Shown here: one piece after another, positions 15,239-27,518 of the stretch | Layout: every line of letters begins with the position of its first letter | Numbering within the stretch: the first letter of the stretch is position 1 | NCBI GenBank assembly: GCA_035948415.1 | Contig: DASZJD010000036.1 | Span: forward strand, 1,034-65,033 | Length of the DNA: 64,000 bases | Source of the DNA: Acidimicrobiia bacterium | GTDB taxonomy: Bacteria; Actinomycetota; Acidimicrobiia; IMCC26256; PALSA-555 | Reading direction: 5' to 3' | Translations under genes and position numbers: made by a program | Notes under the pieces: generated by a model | Databases searched by the model: none | The model's input: only the letters and a program-made list of their open reading frames with translations | What the model was told of the DNA's origin: nothing

Positions 15239-15381
15239 GGGCGCGCATCGTATCGAACGCGCGACGGGAGCCGTTCCCCGAACCGGTCCGTCGTGTCGCC
15301 CGGACCGGTGTCGCACGCTTCCCCCGACCGCGGCGCGGCCGCGCGGTCGTGGCGGCGGCGCCGCTCGGCGAGGGGGTGGGG

Positions 15382-15454
15382 AGCCGGGTGTCGGGATCGA
15401 ACCGACGGCCTCTGCTTTACAAGAGCAGCGCTCTGCCAGCTGAGCTAACCCGGC
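15382..15454 (-). tRNA. tRNA-Thr (anticodon TGT)
   Basis: Folded by hand. The acceptor stem is GCCGGGT/ACCCGGC, the D arm GCTC-AGCTGGCA-GAGC, the anticodon stem CTGCT/AGCAG with loop CTTGTAA, and the T arm GTCGG-TTCGATC-CCGAC. The discriminator is T and CCA is not encoded. Confidence 0.9.
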
Positions 15455-15469
15455 GCGCGCCGCGAAAGG

Positions 15470-16215
15470 CTACCCGGCGCGCTGTCGCGCGACCTCGAAG
15501 CACGCGACCGCGGCCGCAGCCGCGACGTTCAGGGACTCGACCGGTCCTGGCATCGGGACTCGCGCCACGACGTCGCAGCGCGCCCGGACCAGCCGGGCCA
15601 GGCCGGTGTCCTCGGCGCCGAGCACCAGCACGAGCGGACGATCGGCCACCGCGAGGTCGGAGACCAGGGCCTCGCCGCGCGCGTCGAGGCCGACGGTCCA
15701 GACTCCGGCGCGGCCAGCCTGGTCGAGGGCGGTGGCGACGCCGCCGACGAGCGCGACCGGGAGGTGCTCGACGGCGCCCGCCGCGGCCTTGACCGCCGCC
15801 GGCGTGAGCAGCGCGGCCCGGTGGCGGGGGAGGATGGCGCCCGAGGCGCCCGCGGCCAGCGCCGTGCGCAGCACCGCCCCGAGGTTGCGGGGATCGGTGA
15901 CCCCGTCGAGGGCGACGAGGAAGGCGTCCTCCCGTTCCAGCAGGCCCGCGAGCGGCGCCGGCGTCACCGGGGCGGCGCGGGCGACGACCCCTTGGGTCGC
16001 CTCGACCCCCGACTCCTCCCGCAGCTGGTCGGCGTCGCGCCAGCGCACCCGGGCGCCGGCCGCAGCTGCCAGCTCGGCCAGCTCGTCGGCGACACGCCCG
16101 GCGCTGCGGGCCAGCGACACCATGCGCACCGGACGGCGTCCGGCCCGGAGGAGCTCGGCGACGGCGCGCCGACCGGGGACCACGGCGCCGCCGAGGTCAT
16201 CGCCGCGGCGACGCG

Positions 16216-16219
<4 letters not shown>
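15470..16219 (-). CDS. rlmB: 23S rRNA (guanosine-2'-O-)-methyltransferase, SpoU/TrmH family
   Basis: The SpoU C-terminal motifs are LVLGAEDTGLA and PMPGPVESLNVAAAAAVACFE. It overlaps the cysS stop by 4 nt. Confidence 0.8.
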
Positions 16220-17611
<1,392 letters not shown>

Positions 17612-17622
<11 letters not shown>

Positions 17623-18094
17623 CGGGGACTTCGCGCGCGACCAGCGCCACCGCCCACGCCGCGACCGCCTCGCCGCGACCGACCGCGCCCACGCCTTCGC
17701 CGCGCTTGGCCTTCACCCCGACCGGACCGCCCACAGCGACGGACAGGCGCTCGGCCATCGCCTCGACGTGCGGCCCCAGCCGCGGCCGCTCGGCCGCGAC
17801 CACGACGTCGACGTTTCCGATCGACCACCCCGCCGCGGCGAGGCGCGCCGCGATGTCGCGCAGCAGGTCGACCGAGTCGGCGTCGCGGAGGCGCTCGTCG
17901 GTGGCCGGAAACGTGGTGCCGAGATCGGGCAGGCCGGCCGCACCGAGCAGCGCGTCGGCGACCGCGTGGGCCACGACGTCGGCGTCGGAGTGGCCAACGA
18001 GGCCGGGGCCGTCGACGGTGACGCCGCCGAGCACGAGCGGACGGTCGCCGCCCACGGCGTGCACGTCGTAGCCGAGACCGACGCGGACGCTCAC
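17612..18094 (-). CDS. ispF: 2-C-methyl-D-erythritol 2,4-cyclodiphosphate synthase
   Basis: GTG 18094 forms a GTGA overlap with the ispD stop and gives VSVRVGLGYDVHAV; GHSDADVVAHAVADALLGA is also present. Confidence 0.9.
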
Positions 18095-18729
18095 GACGGC
18101 CGGCGCACCAGCGCCGCCGCCAGCGCCAGGTCCGCGGGGGTGGTCACCTTGAGGTTGGACGGGTCGCCCGGCACCACGACGACGGTGCCACCGGCCGCCT
18201 CGACGAGCGCGGCGTCGTCGGTGGCGTCCCCGCCGGCGGCATGCGCGGCGCGCAGCGCGTCGGCGCGGAAGGCTTGGGGGGTCTGCACCGCGACGAGCGC
18301 GTCGCGGGCCACGGTGGCGACGACGCGGTCGTGCTCGACCTGCTTGACGGTATCCGTCAGCGCGATCGCCGGCACGGCGCCGTCGGCGCCGTCGCGGATG
18401 GCATCGATGACCGCGGCGAACAGCGGCGGTGACGCCAGCGGCCGCGCCGCATCGTGCACGACGACGACGTCGCATCCCGGTGCGACGGCTCGGAGGCCGG
18501 CCCGGACCGACTCGGGCCGGCTGGCGCCGCCCGCGACCGCGGCGCTGACCGGAACGCCGTCCCAGTCGACACCGGGGGGGAGGACGACCACCACGTCGTC
18601 GCAGGCGCGGCCGGCGACGGTGACGGCGCGGTCGACGAGGCGCGAGCCGCAGAGGACCGCGAACTGCTTCCGCGCGCCGTACCGGCTGCCGCCGCCGGCG
18701 GCGACCACGATCGCCGCGCTGCGTCCCAC
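18091..18729 (-). CDS. ispD: 2-C-methyl-D-erythritol 4-phosphate cytidylyltransferase
   Basis: The motif is AIVVAAGGGSRYGARKQF, and the gene lies directly upstream of ispF. Confidence 0.9.
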   Translation of the reverse strand: MGRSAAIVVAAGGGSRYGARKQFAVLCGSRLVDRAVTVAGRACDDVVVVLPPGVDWDGVPVSAAVAGGASRPESVRAGLRAVAPGCDVVVVHDAARPLASPPLFAAVIDAIRDGADGAVPAIALTDTVKQVEHDRVVATVARDALVAVQTPQAFRADALRAAHAAGGDATDDAALVEAAGGTVVVVPGDPSNLKVTTPADLALAAALVRRPS

Positions 18730-18739
18730 GGCGGCCGCG

Positions 18740-19351
18740 CTACTTGCGGCGGGCCGCCGCCTTCTTCGGCGACGCCGCCTTGCGTCCAGCAGCCGCCTTC
18801 CGGACCGGCGTCTTGCGGCCGTTGGCGCCGGGCGTCGCGCGCCGGCGGCTGCGGGTGACCCTGACCTCCTTGCCGGCGAGGACGTCGTCGAGGCGAGCCT
18901 CGGCGGTCTCCTCGTCGACGTTGAGGGCGAAGGTGAGCTCGGACACCAGGATCTGACGCGCCCGGGCGAGCATGCGCTTCTCGCCGGCCGAGAGCCCCTT
19001 GTCGGCCTCCCGCAGGGACAGGTTCCGCACGACCTCGGCGACCTGGTAGATGTCGCCGCTCTTCAGCTTCTCGACGTGGTTCTTGAAGCGCCGCGACCAG
19101 TTCGTCGGCATCCGCGCCTCCTTCTTGCGGAGGACGGCGAACACCTCCTCGACCTCCTCGTCGTTGATCACGTCGCGCAGGCCGATCTCCTCGGCCTTGT
19201 CGACCGGGATCGAGACCTTCAGATCCCCGTAGGTGATGCGCAAGACGAAGTAGTCCGTCTTGTGCCCGTCGAAGACCCGCTTCTCCTTGCCCTCGATGAT
19301 GGCGGCCCCGTGGTGCGGGTAGACGACCTTGTCACCGACGGCAAACGACAT
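18740..19351 (-). CDS. carD: CarD family transcriptional regulator with a basic C-terminal tail
   Basis: ATG 19351 gives MSFAVGDKVVYPHHGAAIIEG, followed by RMPTNWSRRF. A ~45-aa K/R/A/P-rich tail sits at the C-terminus. Confidence 0.9.
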   Translation of the reverse strand: MSFAVGDKVVYPHHGAAIIEGKEKRVFDGHKTDYFVLRITYGDLKVSIPVDKAEEIGLRDVINDEEVEEVFAVLRKKEARMPTNWSRRFKNHVEKLKSGDIYQVAEVVRNLSLREADKGLSAGEKRMLARARQILVSELTFALNVDEETAEARLDDVLAGKEVRVTRSRRRATPGANGRKTPVRKAAAGRKAASPKKAAARRK

Positions 19352-19466
19352 GCGGTTCCTCGCGAGGGCAGAGCGCAGCGGGAAGTGAGGAACCACCAGA
19401 GTACCAGACCGCCCGGAGTCCGCCGGTATGCGGTCGCCTAACCTCGGGCGCGCCGGAGGTGACCAC

Positions 19467-20132
19467 TTGCCCGCACGTCGCCTGCTCAACACCACCGACC
19501 TGTTCGCGGCGCTTCCGGACGCCGCGCTCGCCGGGCTCGAGCGCCAGGCCGAGGTCCGCCACTACGCGCGTAACCAGGTCCTGTTCCGCCAGGGCGACGG
19601 GTCCGACGAGCTGTTCGTCATCGAGCGGGGACGGATCGCCATCGCCCAGCGCTCCAGCGACGGTCGGGAGTCCGTCGTGGCCGTCCTCGAATCGGGCGGG
19701 CTCTTCGGCGAGTTCGGCCTCTTCGACGAGGCGCCGCGCTCGACCGACGCGCGGGCGCTCGTCGATTCGGCGGTCGTCGTGCTCGGGTACGAGCCGGTGC
19801 GGGCGGTGCTCCGAGCCCAGCCCGAGCTGCTGTGGGTGATCGTGCGGCTCCTCGCCGGCCGGCTGCGGGCCACGAACGAGGCGCTCGCCGACGCCGTGTT
19901 CCTCGACGTCCCGGCCCGGACCGCCAAGCGCCTCCTCTACCTCGCCGCCGGCCGCGAGCGGTTCTCGCTGCCCGTCACCCAGGAGGAACTGGCCGGCATG
20001 GTCGGCGCCTCGCGGGAGCGGGTGAACAAGGCGATCTCGCTCTTCACCCGGCTCGGGTGGCTGAGCCTCGAGGGTCGCAGCCAGTACCGGATCCTGGACC
20101 GCCAGGCCCTCGAGGACCGGGCCACCCTCTGA
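19467..20132 (+). CDS. Crp/Fnr family transcriptional regulator
   Basis: It has a cNMP-binding fold (GGLFGEFGLFDEAPRSTDARA) and a C-terminal HTH (RERVNKAISLFTRLGWL). TTG 19467 lies 7 nt after GGAGG; the track start is 19428. Confidence 0.8.
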   Translation: MPARRLLNTTDLFAALPDAALAGLERQAEVRHYARNQVLFRQGDGSDELFVIERGRIAIAQRSSDGRESVVAVLESGGLFGEFGLFDEAPRSTDARALVDSAVVVLGYEPVRAVLRAQPELLWVIVRLLAGRLRATNEALADAVFLDVPARTAKRLLYLAAGRERFSLPVTQEELAGMVGASRERVNKAISLFTRLGWLSLEGRSQYRILDRQALEDRATL

Positions 20133-20133
20133 G

Positions 20134-20862
20134 CTACCGGTCCAGGAAGCGGAGGGCTCGCCGCCAGGCGTCGGCGGCGTCGTCGGGGCGGTGGGCCGGG
20201 CGGGCGGGGTCGTGCACGAAGCCGTGCTCGGCGTCGGGGAATACCACGACCTCGCAGTCGTCGCGCCCTCGCCAGGCGGCGCGCAAGGCCTCGATGTCGG
20301 CGGGCGGCGTGAACGGGTCGGACCCGCCGAAGACGGCGAGGGTGGGGCACACGGCGGCGGCCGTGTCGAGCGGCTCGTGCAGCCCCGGCCCCCGCCACTC
20401 GGCCGGCACTCGGATCATCCCGTAGAAGGGGACGGCGCGGCGGAAGCGGCCGGTGGCGGCGGCCTTCAGCGTCTGCATGCCGCCCATGCAGAACCCGAGC
20501 ACCGACACCTCGGCGACCGCGAGCGCGTCGCCGGCGACGGTCAGGTCGGCGAGCTGCTGGTCGTCGTCGAGGTGGGGCAGCCACGCCAGGCGCGGCTCGG
20601 CCGTCCCGGCGTCCCGGGTCGCGGCGGGCGCCCGCGCGAACGGCTCCGGGCAGCACACGGCGTAGCCGTGCGTCGCGACCCGGCGGCACAGGTCGTCGAA
20701 GAGGGGCCGGACGCCGAGGAGGTCGGGGTGGAGGACGAGTCCCGCCGACGGCTCGCCGTCGTCGGGCCGGGCGACGATGGCCTCGATCGGCACGTCGTCG
20801 CGCCCGGCGAGGGTGACCCGCGCCGCCGACGCCGGGCGCGGGCCCTCGGCCAGCGCCGCCAT
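20134..20862 (-). CDS. dienelactone hydrolase family protein
   Basis: It has the GFCMGG nucleophile elbow and a C-terminal DAEHGF motif. It overlaps the disA stop by 1 nt. Confidence 0.75.
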   Translation of the reverse strand: MAALAEGPRPASAARVTLAGRDDVPIEAIVARPDDGEPSAGLVLHPDLLGVRPLFDDLCRRVATHGYAVCCPEPFARAPAATRDAGTAEPRLAWLPHLDDDQQLADLTVAGDALAVAEVSVLGFCMGGMQTLKAAATGRFRRAVPFYGMIRVPAEWRGPGLHEPLDTAAAVCPTLAVFGGSDPFTPPADIEALRAAWRGRDDCEVVVFPDAEHGFVHDPARPAHRPDDAADAWRRALRFLDR

Positions 20863-21935
20863 CAGGTGTAGCGCTCGAGGATGCTCGTCTCGGCCAGGCG
20901 GGCCAGCCCGTCCTTGATGGCCCGGGCGCGGGCGTCGCCGACCCCTTCGACCTGCACCAGATCCGTCTCGCTGGCCCGCATGATCTTCTGCAGGTTCGAG
21001 AACCGCCGGACGACGTGGTCGGAGACCACCTCGGGGAGGCGGGGGATCTTGTGGAGGATCCGGTAGCCGCGCGGCTGCAGCGCCGAGTCGAGTCCGACGC
21101 CCGTCCCGAGCTGCAGGACGCCGACGACCTCGTGGACGTCGAGGAGCTCCTCGTCACCGAGCTCGCCGAGCCGGGCCATCACCTCGACGAGCTCGGAGTC
21201 GAGGTCGCCACGCATGTAGTCCTTCGCGACGAGGCGGCGGTCGTCCTCCACGCCGCCCATCAGCTCGTCGAGCTGGAGGAGGACGAGCCGGCCGTCGGCG
21301 CCGAGCTCGATGACGTAGCCCTCGATCTCCTCGGAGATGCGGCGCACCATCTCGGCGCGCTGGAGCACGGTGGCGACGTCACGGACGGTGACGAGGTCCT
21401 CGATCTCGAGGGCCGAGAGGGAGGCGCTGACGGCGTCGAGCCGCGCCTTGTACCGCTCGAGGATCTGGAGGGCCTGGTCGGCCCGGGCCATGACCCGCGG
21501 CGTGGGCTCGATCGACCGCTTGAGGCTCCCGACGTGGATGGCGACCTCGGACCGGTCCTCCGAGACGGTGATCACGGGCACGGGGATCTGGCGGGCGACC
21601 CGCTCGGCCGTCCGGTGCCGGGTGCCGGTCTCGGCGGTCGGGATGTTGGGGTCGGGCACGAGGTGGACGTTGGCGCGCACGATCCGGGCGCAGTCCCCGG
21701 TGACGATGATCGCCCCGTCCATCTTCGCCAGCTCCGAGAGGCGCTGGGGCGTGAACTCGGCGTCGAGGAGGAACCCTCCCGAGCAGACGCCGAGCACTTC
21801 GGGGCCGGCGCCGACCACGAGCAGGGCGCCCATGCGGGCCTGGATGATCCGCTCGATCCCCTCGCGCAGCGCCGTCCCGGGGGCGACGAGCCGGAGGGCG
21901 TCGAGGAGGGCTTCGGATCGGGGCGGGGCCGGCAT
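20862..21935 (-). CDS. disA: DNA integrity scanning protein / diadenylate cyclase
   Basis: ATG 21935 is the start. DAC motifs are KMDGAIIV and TGTRHRTAERV, and there is a C-terminal HhH region. The track ORF extends to 22079. Confidence 0.9.
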   Translation of the reverse strand: MPAPPRSEALLDALRLVAPGTALREGIERIIQARMGALLVVGAGPEVLGVCSGGFLLDAEFTPQRLSELAKMDGAIIVTGDCARIVRANVHLVPDPNIPTAETGTRHRTAERVARQIPVPVITVSEDRSEVAIHVGSLKRSIEPTPRVMARADQALQILERYKARLDAVSASLSALEIEDLVTVRDVATVLQRAEMVRRISEEIEGYVIELGADGRLVLLQLDELMGGVEDDRRLVAKDYMRGDLDSELVEVMARLGELGDEELLDVHEVVGVLQLGTGVGLDSALQPRGYRILHKIPRLPEVVSDHVVRRFSNLQKIMRASETDLVQVEGVGDARARAIKDGLARLAETSILERYT

Positions 21936-22140
21936 TGGGCTGGGCGGGCTGCGCCCGCGGGGCAGGCCAACGACCCTAGCGCCTCGGGGGGTCAGTCGCC
22001 GCGGGGGGCCGCGGACGCGCCACGCGTCAGGAGCGGGTCTCGACGGACCCGCGGCGTCGTCACCGCGCGTTGGACGCACCGTGTGGCCCGCGGCCGACGC
22101 CGCGTGAGCCCGCCCCGCGCCCCTCGGCGTGGGGCGGCCG

Positions 22141-22950
22141 TCAGCGCGGGGCGCGGCGCCCGGGCGGGGGGGCGGCCCGGAGCCGGCGCACGCGCGCGCG
22201 GGCGCGGCCGTGCCGCCAGGTCAGCCCGGCGAGGAGGAGGAGCGCCACCCCGCCGGCGACGAGGCCGGCGCGGCGCGAGTCCAGGTCGGTCGAGGAGACG
22301 CTCAGCGGGACCCGGGTTCCCGGCGCGACCGACGCCGTGTGCGTCCCGCCGGGCAGGCGGGTGACGACCCGGAGCGCGAACCCCGACCGGACCTGGGCGG
22401 TCAGCTCCTGGTCGAGGGCTCGGACGTCGATGCCGTGGCCGGTGAGGGTGGCGAGGAGGGCGGCGTCGCCCGGCACGCCGCTGCTCGTGCCCCGCAGGTC
22501 GAGGACGCCCCGCACCGAGCTGGTGTGGGCCAAGCCGAGCCAGGCCGTCCGACGCGCGGCGCCGAACCCGCGCAGCGGGCCCGCGGCGCCGCTCAGCTCG
22601 CGGCCGATCGCCGCCACCTGGTCGGGGCGGCGGAACGGCTTCGTGATGGTGATCGAGGCCGAGCCGTCCCGGGCCCGGGCCCAGGCCGACACCTTCCAGC
22701 CGGCGGCCCGCAGGTCGGCGAGGCGGACCGTCTGCTCGAGCGGCGCTCCCCCGGCTTGCGCGGTCTGGACCGCCTCGGCGTCGAGCGCGACCCGGACCGC
22801 GACCGCGCCCGACCCGTCGGCGTTCATCCGCACCTCGAGGGTGGCGTGGGCGCTGCACCCGGCGGCGACCAGCGCGAGGAGCGCGAGCAGGGCGATGCGG
22901 CGCCGTCGGGTGCGGGCGCCGCGCCGGGGGGGCGAGGCGACGGCGGCCAC
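22141..22950 (-). CDS. hypothetical lipoprotein with a C-terminal TM anchor
   Basis: It has a lipobox (LLALVAAGCSAH) after a basic N-region and a C-terminal hydrophobic segment (LVAGGVALLLLAGL). I took GTG 22950 as the start to avoid overlapping clpC, so the start is uncertain. Confidence 0.5.
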   Translation of the reverse strand: MAAVASPPRRGARTRRRRIALLALLALVAAGCSAHATLEVRMNADGSGAVAVRVALDAEAVQTAQAGGAPLEQTVRLADLRAAGWKVSAWARARDGSASITITKPFRRPDQVAAIGRELSGAAGPLRGFGAARRTAWLGLAHTSSVRGVLDLRGTSSGVPGDAALLATLTGHGIDVRALDQELTAQVRSGFALRVVTRLPGGTHTASVAPGTRVPLSVSSTDLDSRRAGLVAGGVALLLLAGLTWRHGRARARVRRLRAAPPPGRRAPR

Positions 22951-22985
22951 CAGCGCGGAGCCGGCCTTCGAGGTGGGGGTCGGGG

Positions 22986-25472
<2,487 letters not shown>

Positions 25473-25578
25473 TGTGCCTACCGTGTCTTGAGGGTCATGG
25501 TCCCCGTCCCGCGGCCGGGGCGGTGGGACCGGAGCCGCCCCGCTGCACTCAGTCTACCTGTCAGGGTCCGCACGGCTT

Positions 25579-25593
25579 CTGCGCTAAGCGCAG
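25579..25593. promoter_or_regulatory. inverted repeat CTGCGC-TAA-GCGCAG in the clpC / polyprenyl synthase divergent intergenic region
   Basis: It has perfect 6-bp arms and a 3-nt spacer. It sits ~110 nt from each start codon and is a candidate operator. Confidence 0.3.
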
Positions 25594-25709
25594 CCCGTGG
25601 GAGATGTCTCGGCGCTTTCTGCGGCGCGCGTGAGGGTTGTCAAGGGCTCGGGACCCGGAAATGTTCCCCGGGCTTGGTGGACCCCGCCGGCCCTGCGTAG
25701 TTTGGGCCG

Positions 25710-26693
25710 ATGGTCACGGGCCTGGCGGAGACCCTCCGGCTCCGGCCGTTGGCCGGTGACCTCGAGCGGGTCGAGGCCGGCCTGGCCGCCGCCGTCCGGC
25801 ACCCCGACCGGTTCCTCGGCGACGTCGCCGCCCACCTGGTGCAGGCGGGGGGGAAGCGCATTCGCCCCACTTTGACCCTCTGCGCGGCGTACGCGGCGGG
25901 GGGCGGCGACGGGCCCGCCGACGACGACGCCGTGACCGGCGCGGTGGCGGTCGAGCTCGTGCACCTCGGGTCGCTCTACCACGACGACGTGATCGACGAG
26001 GCCGAGACCCGGCGCGGGGTCCCGTCGGTGAACGCGCGCTGGTCGAACATCGTGGCCATCCTCGCCGGCGACTACCTGCTCGCCCGGGCGTCGGGCCTGG
26101 CCGCCTCGCTCGGCGCGCCGGTGGCGGCGCTGCTCGCCGCGACCATCGGCGAGCTCTGCCGAGGCCAGGTCCTCGAGCTGCAGCACCTCTTCGACGTGAC
26201 GCGCACCGAGGAGGACTACGCCAGCGCGATCGAGGGCAAGACGGCGACGCTGTTCGGGACCGCGTGTCGCATCGGCGGGATGGTGAGCCACGCCGACGAG
26301 CCGACGCTCGACGCGCTCACCCGGTTCGGCACCCACCTCGGTCTCGGCTACCAGATCGTCGACGACTGCCTCGACCTCACCGGCACCGACGCCGCGCTCG
26401 GCAAGCCCGCGGGCCAGGACCTGCTCGAGGGGATCTACACGCTCCCCGTGATCTACGCGCTCGCCGAAGACCCCGGGCTCGGGCCGCGGCTTGGGGGCCC
26501 GATCGACGAGGCGCGCGTGGCCGAGGTGCGCAGCCGCGCCAGCGCCAACGGCGCGGTCGAGGCCGCGCTGGCGGTGGCCCGTGACCACGCCACGAAGGCG
26601 GGGGAGGCGCTCGCGGGCGCCGACACCCTCGAGGCGGGGGTGTGCGAGTCGCTGCGCCGCCTGGTCGAGGGCCTCGTCACCCGCCAGAGCTGA
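25710..26693 (+). CDS. polyprenyl diphosphate synthase (trans-isoprenyl diphosphate synthase family)
   Basis: The first Asp-rich motif is LYHDDVIDEAETRRG and the second is GYQIVDDCLD. Chain length cannot be determined from the sequence. Confidence 0.85.
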   Translation: MVTGLAETLRLRPLAGDLERVEAGLAAAVRHPDRFLGDVAAHLVQAGGKRIRPTLTLCAAYAAGGGDGPADDDAVTGAVAVELVHLGSLYHDDVIDEAETRRGVPSVNARWSNIVAILAGDYLLARASGLAASLGAPVAALLAATIGELCRGQVLELQHLFDVTRTEEDYASAIEGKTATLFGTACRIGGMVSHADEPTLDALTRFGTHLGLGYQIVDDCLDLTGTDAALGKPAGQDLLEGIYTLPVIYALAEDPGLGPRLGGPIDEARVAEVRSRASANGAVEAALAVARDHATKAGEALAGADTLEAGVCESLRRLVEGLVTRQS

Positions 26694-26696
26694 GCG

Positions 26697-27518
26697 TCAG
26701 GCCGCCGCAGCCCGGAGCTCGGCCTCGGCGAGGAAAGCGTGCACGGCCCGGTTGAACGCGTTCGGCGCCTCGACCATCAGCGCGTGGCCGGCGCCGCGCA
26801 GCTCCTCGAGCCGAGCGTTCGGGAGGAGCTCGGCGAGCTCCTCGGCGTCGCCGACCGGGGTGAGGAGGTCCTGGGACCCGGTGATGACGAGCGCGGGCGC
26901 CGACACCACGGCGAGCTCGAACCGCAGCTCGTCGGCGGCATCGAGGATGGCCGCGACCTGGGCGGCGAAGTTCTCGGGCTGGGCCTGCAGGAGGATGCGG
27001 GCCATGAGGTTCAGCCACACGCCGAAGCGACGGTGCAGGCGGGGCCCGATCAGCCACCGCAGCCCGTCGCCGCCGAGCGCCCCCATCCCGCCCGCGAGGA
27101 CGTCGTCGGCCCACTCCTGGAGCAGCTCGCGCCGCCACTCGTGGTGGCGGCAGGCAGTGCAGGCGAGCACGAGCGAGCGCACCCGCTCGGGATGGCGCAC
27201 GGCGAGGATCTGGGCGAGCACGCCGCCCATCGAGGCGCCGATGACGTGGGCGTCCTCGACGTCCTCGGCGTCGAGGACGGCGACGGCGTCGTCGGCCATC
27301 TGCTCGAGCGAGTAGGGCCGCGGCGCGTCGGCGGTCCCGCCCACGCCGCGGTTGTCGACGCCGAGGAGCCGGTAGCTGCGACCGAGGTTGATGCGCTGGA
27401 GCGCCCAGCCCCGGGCGTCGACGCCGAGGCCCTGGAGGAGCAGCACCGCGGGCCGGTCGCGCCGGCCGCCGGCGCCGTAGGCGATCCAGGTGCCGTCCCC
27501 GGCGAGGGCGGTGCTCAC
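26697..27518 (-). CDS. alpha/beta hydrolase
   Basis: GTG 27518 forms a GTGA overlap with the upstream stop. It has a GASMGG nucleophile elbow, an HG-type oxyanion region (LLLQGLG), and a C-terminal GAGHAL. Confidence 0.75.
   Translation of the reverse strand: MSTALAGDGTWIAYGAGGRRDRPAVLLLQGLGVDARGWALQRINLGRSYRLLGVDNRGVGGTADAPRPYSLEQMADDAVAVLDAEDVEDAHVIGASMGGVLAQILAVRHPERVRSLVLACTACRHHEWRRELLQEWADDVLAGGMGALGGDGLRWLIGPRLHRRFGVWLNLMARILLQAQPENFAAQVAAILDAADELRFELAVVSAPALVITGSQDLLTPVGDAEELAELLPNARLEELRGAGHALMVEAPNAFNRAVHAFLAEAELRAAAA

Noticed and set aside
8499-15316. Lasso peptide biosynthetic cluster, suggested by the PqqD + HprK-like kinase + nucleotidyltransferase combination
   Set aside because: No asparagine-synthetase-like cyclase or transglutaminase-like leader protease ORF exists in or near the cluster. 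The peptides also lack the usual short leader-Thr-x-core architecture. I kept it as a distinct RiPP-like system instead.
8256-15454. Integrative genomic island at tRNA-Thr
   Set aside because: There is no integrase, recombinase or transposase ORF. By eye I found no direct repeat of the tRNA 3' end in 8256-8498; the only similarity is a 7-mer GGGATCG. I kept only the weaker observation that the cassette's position looks accessory.
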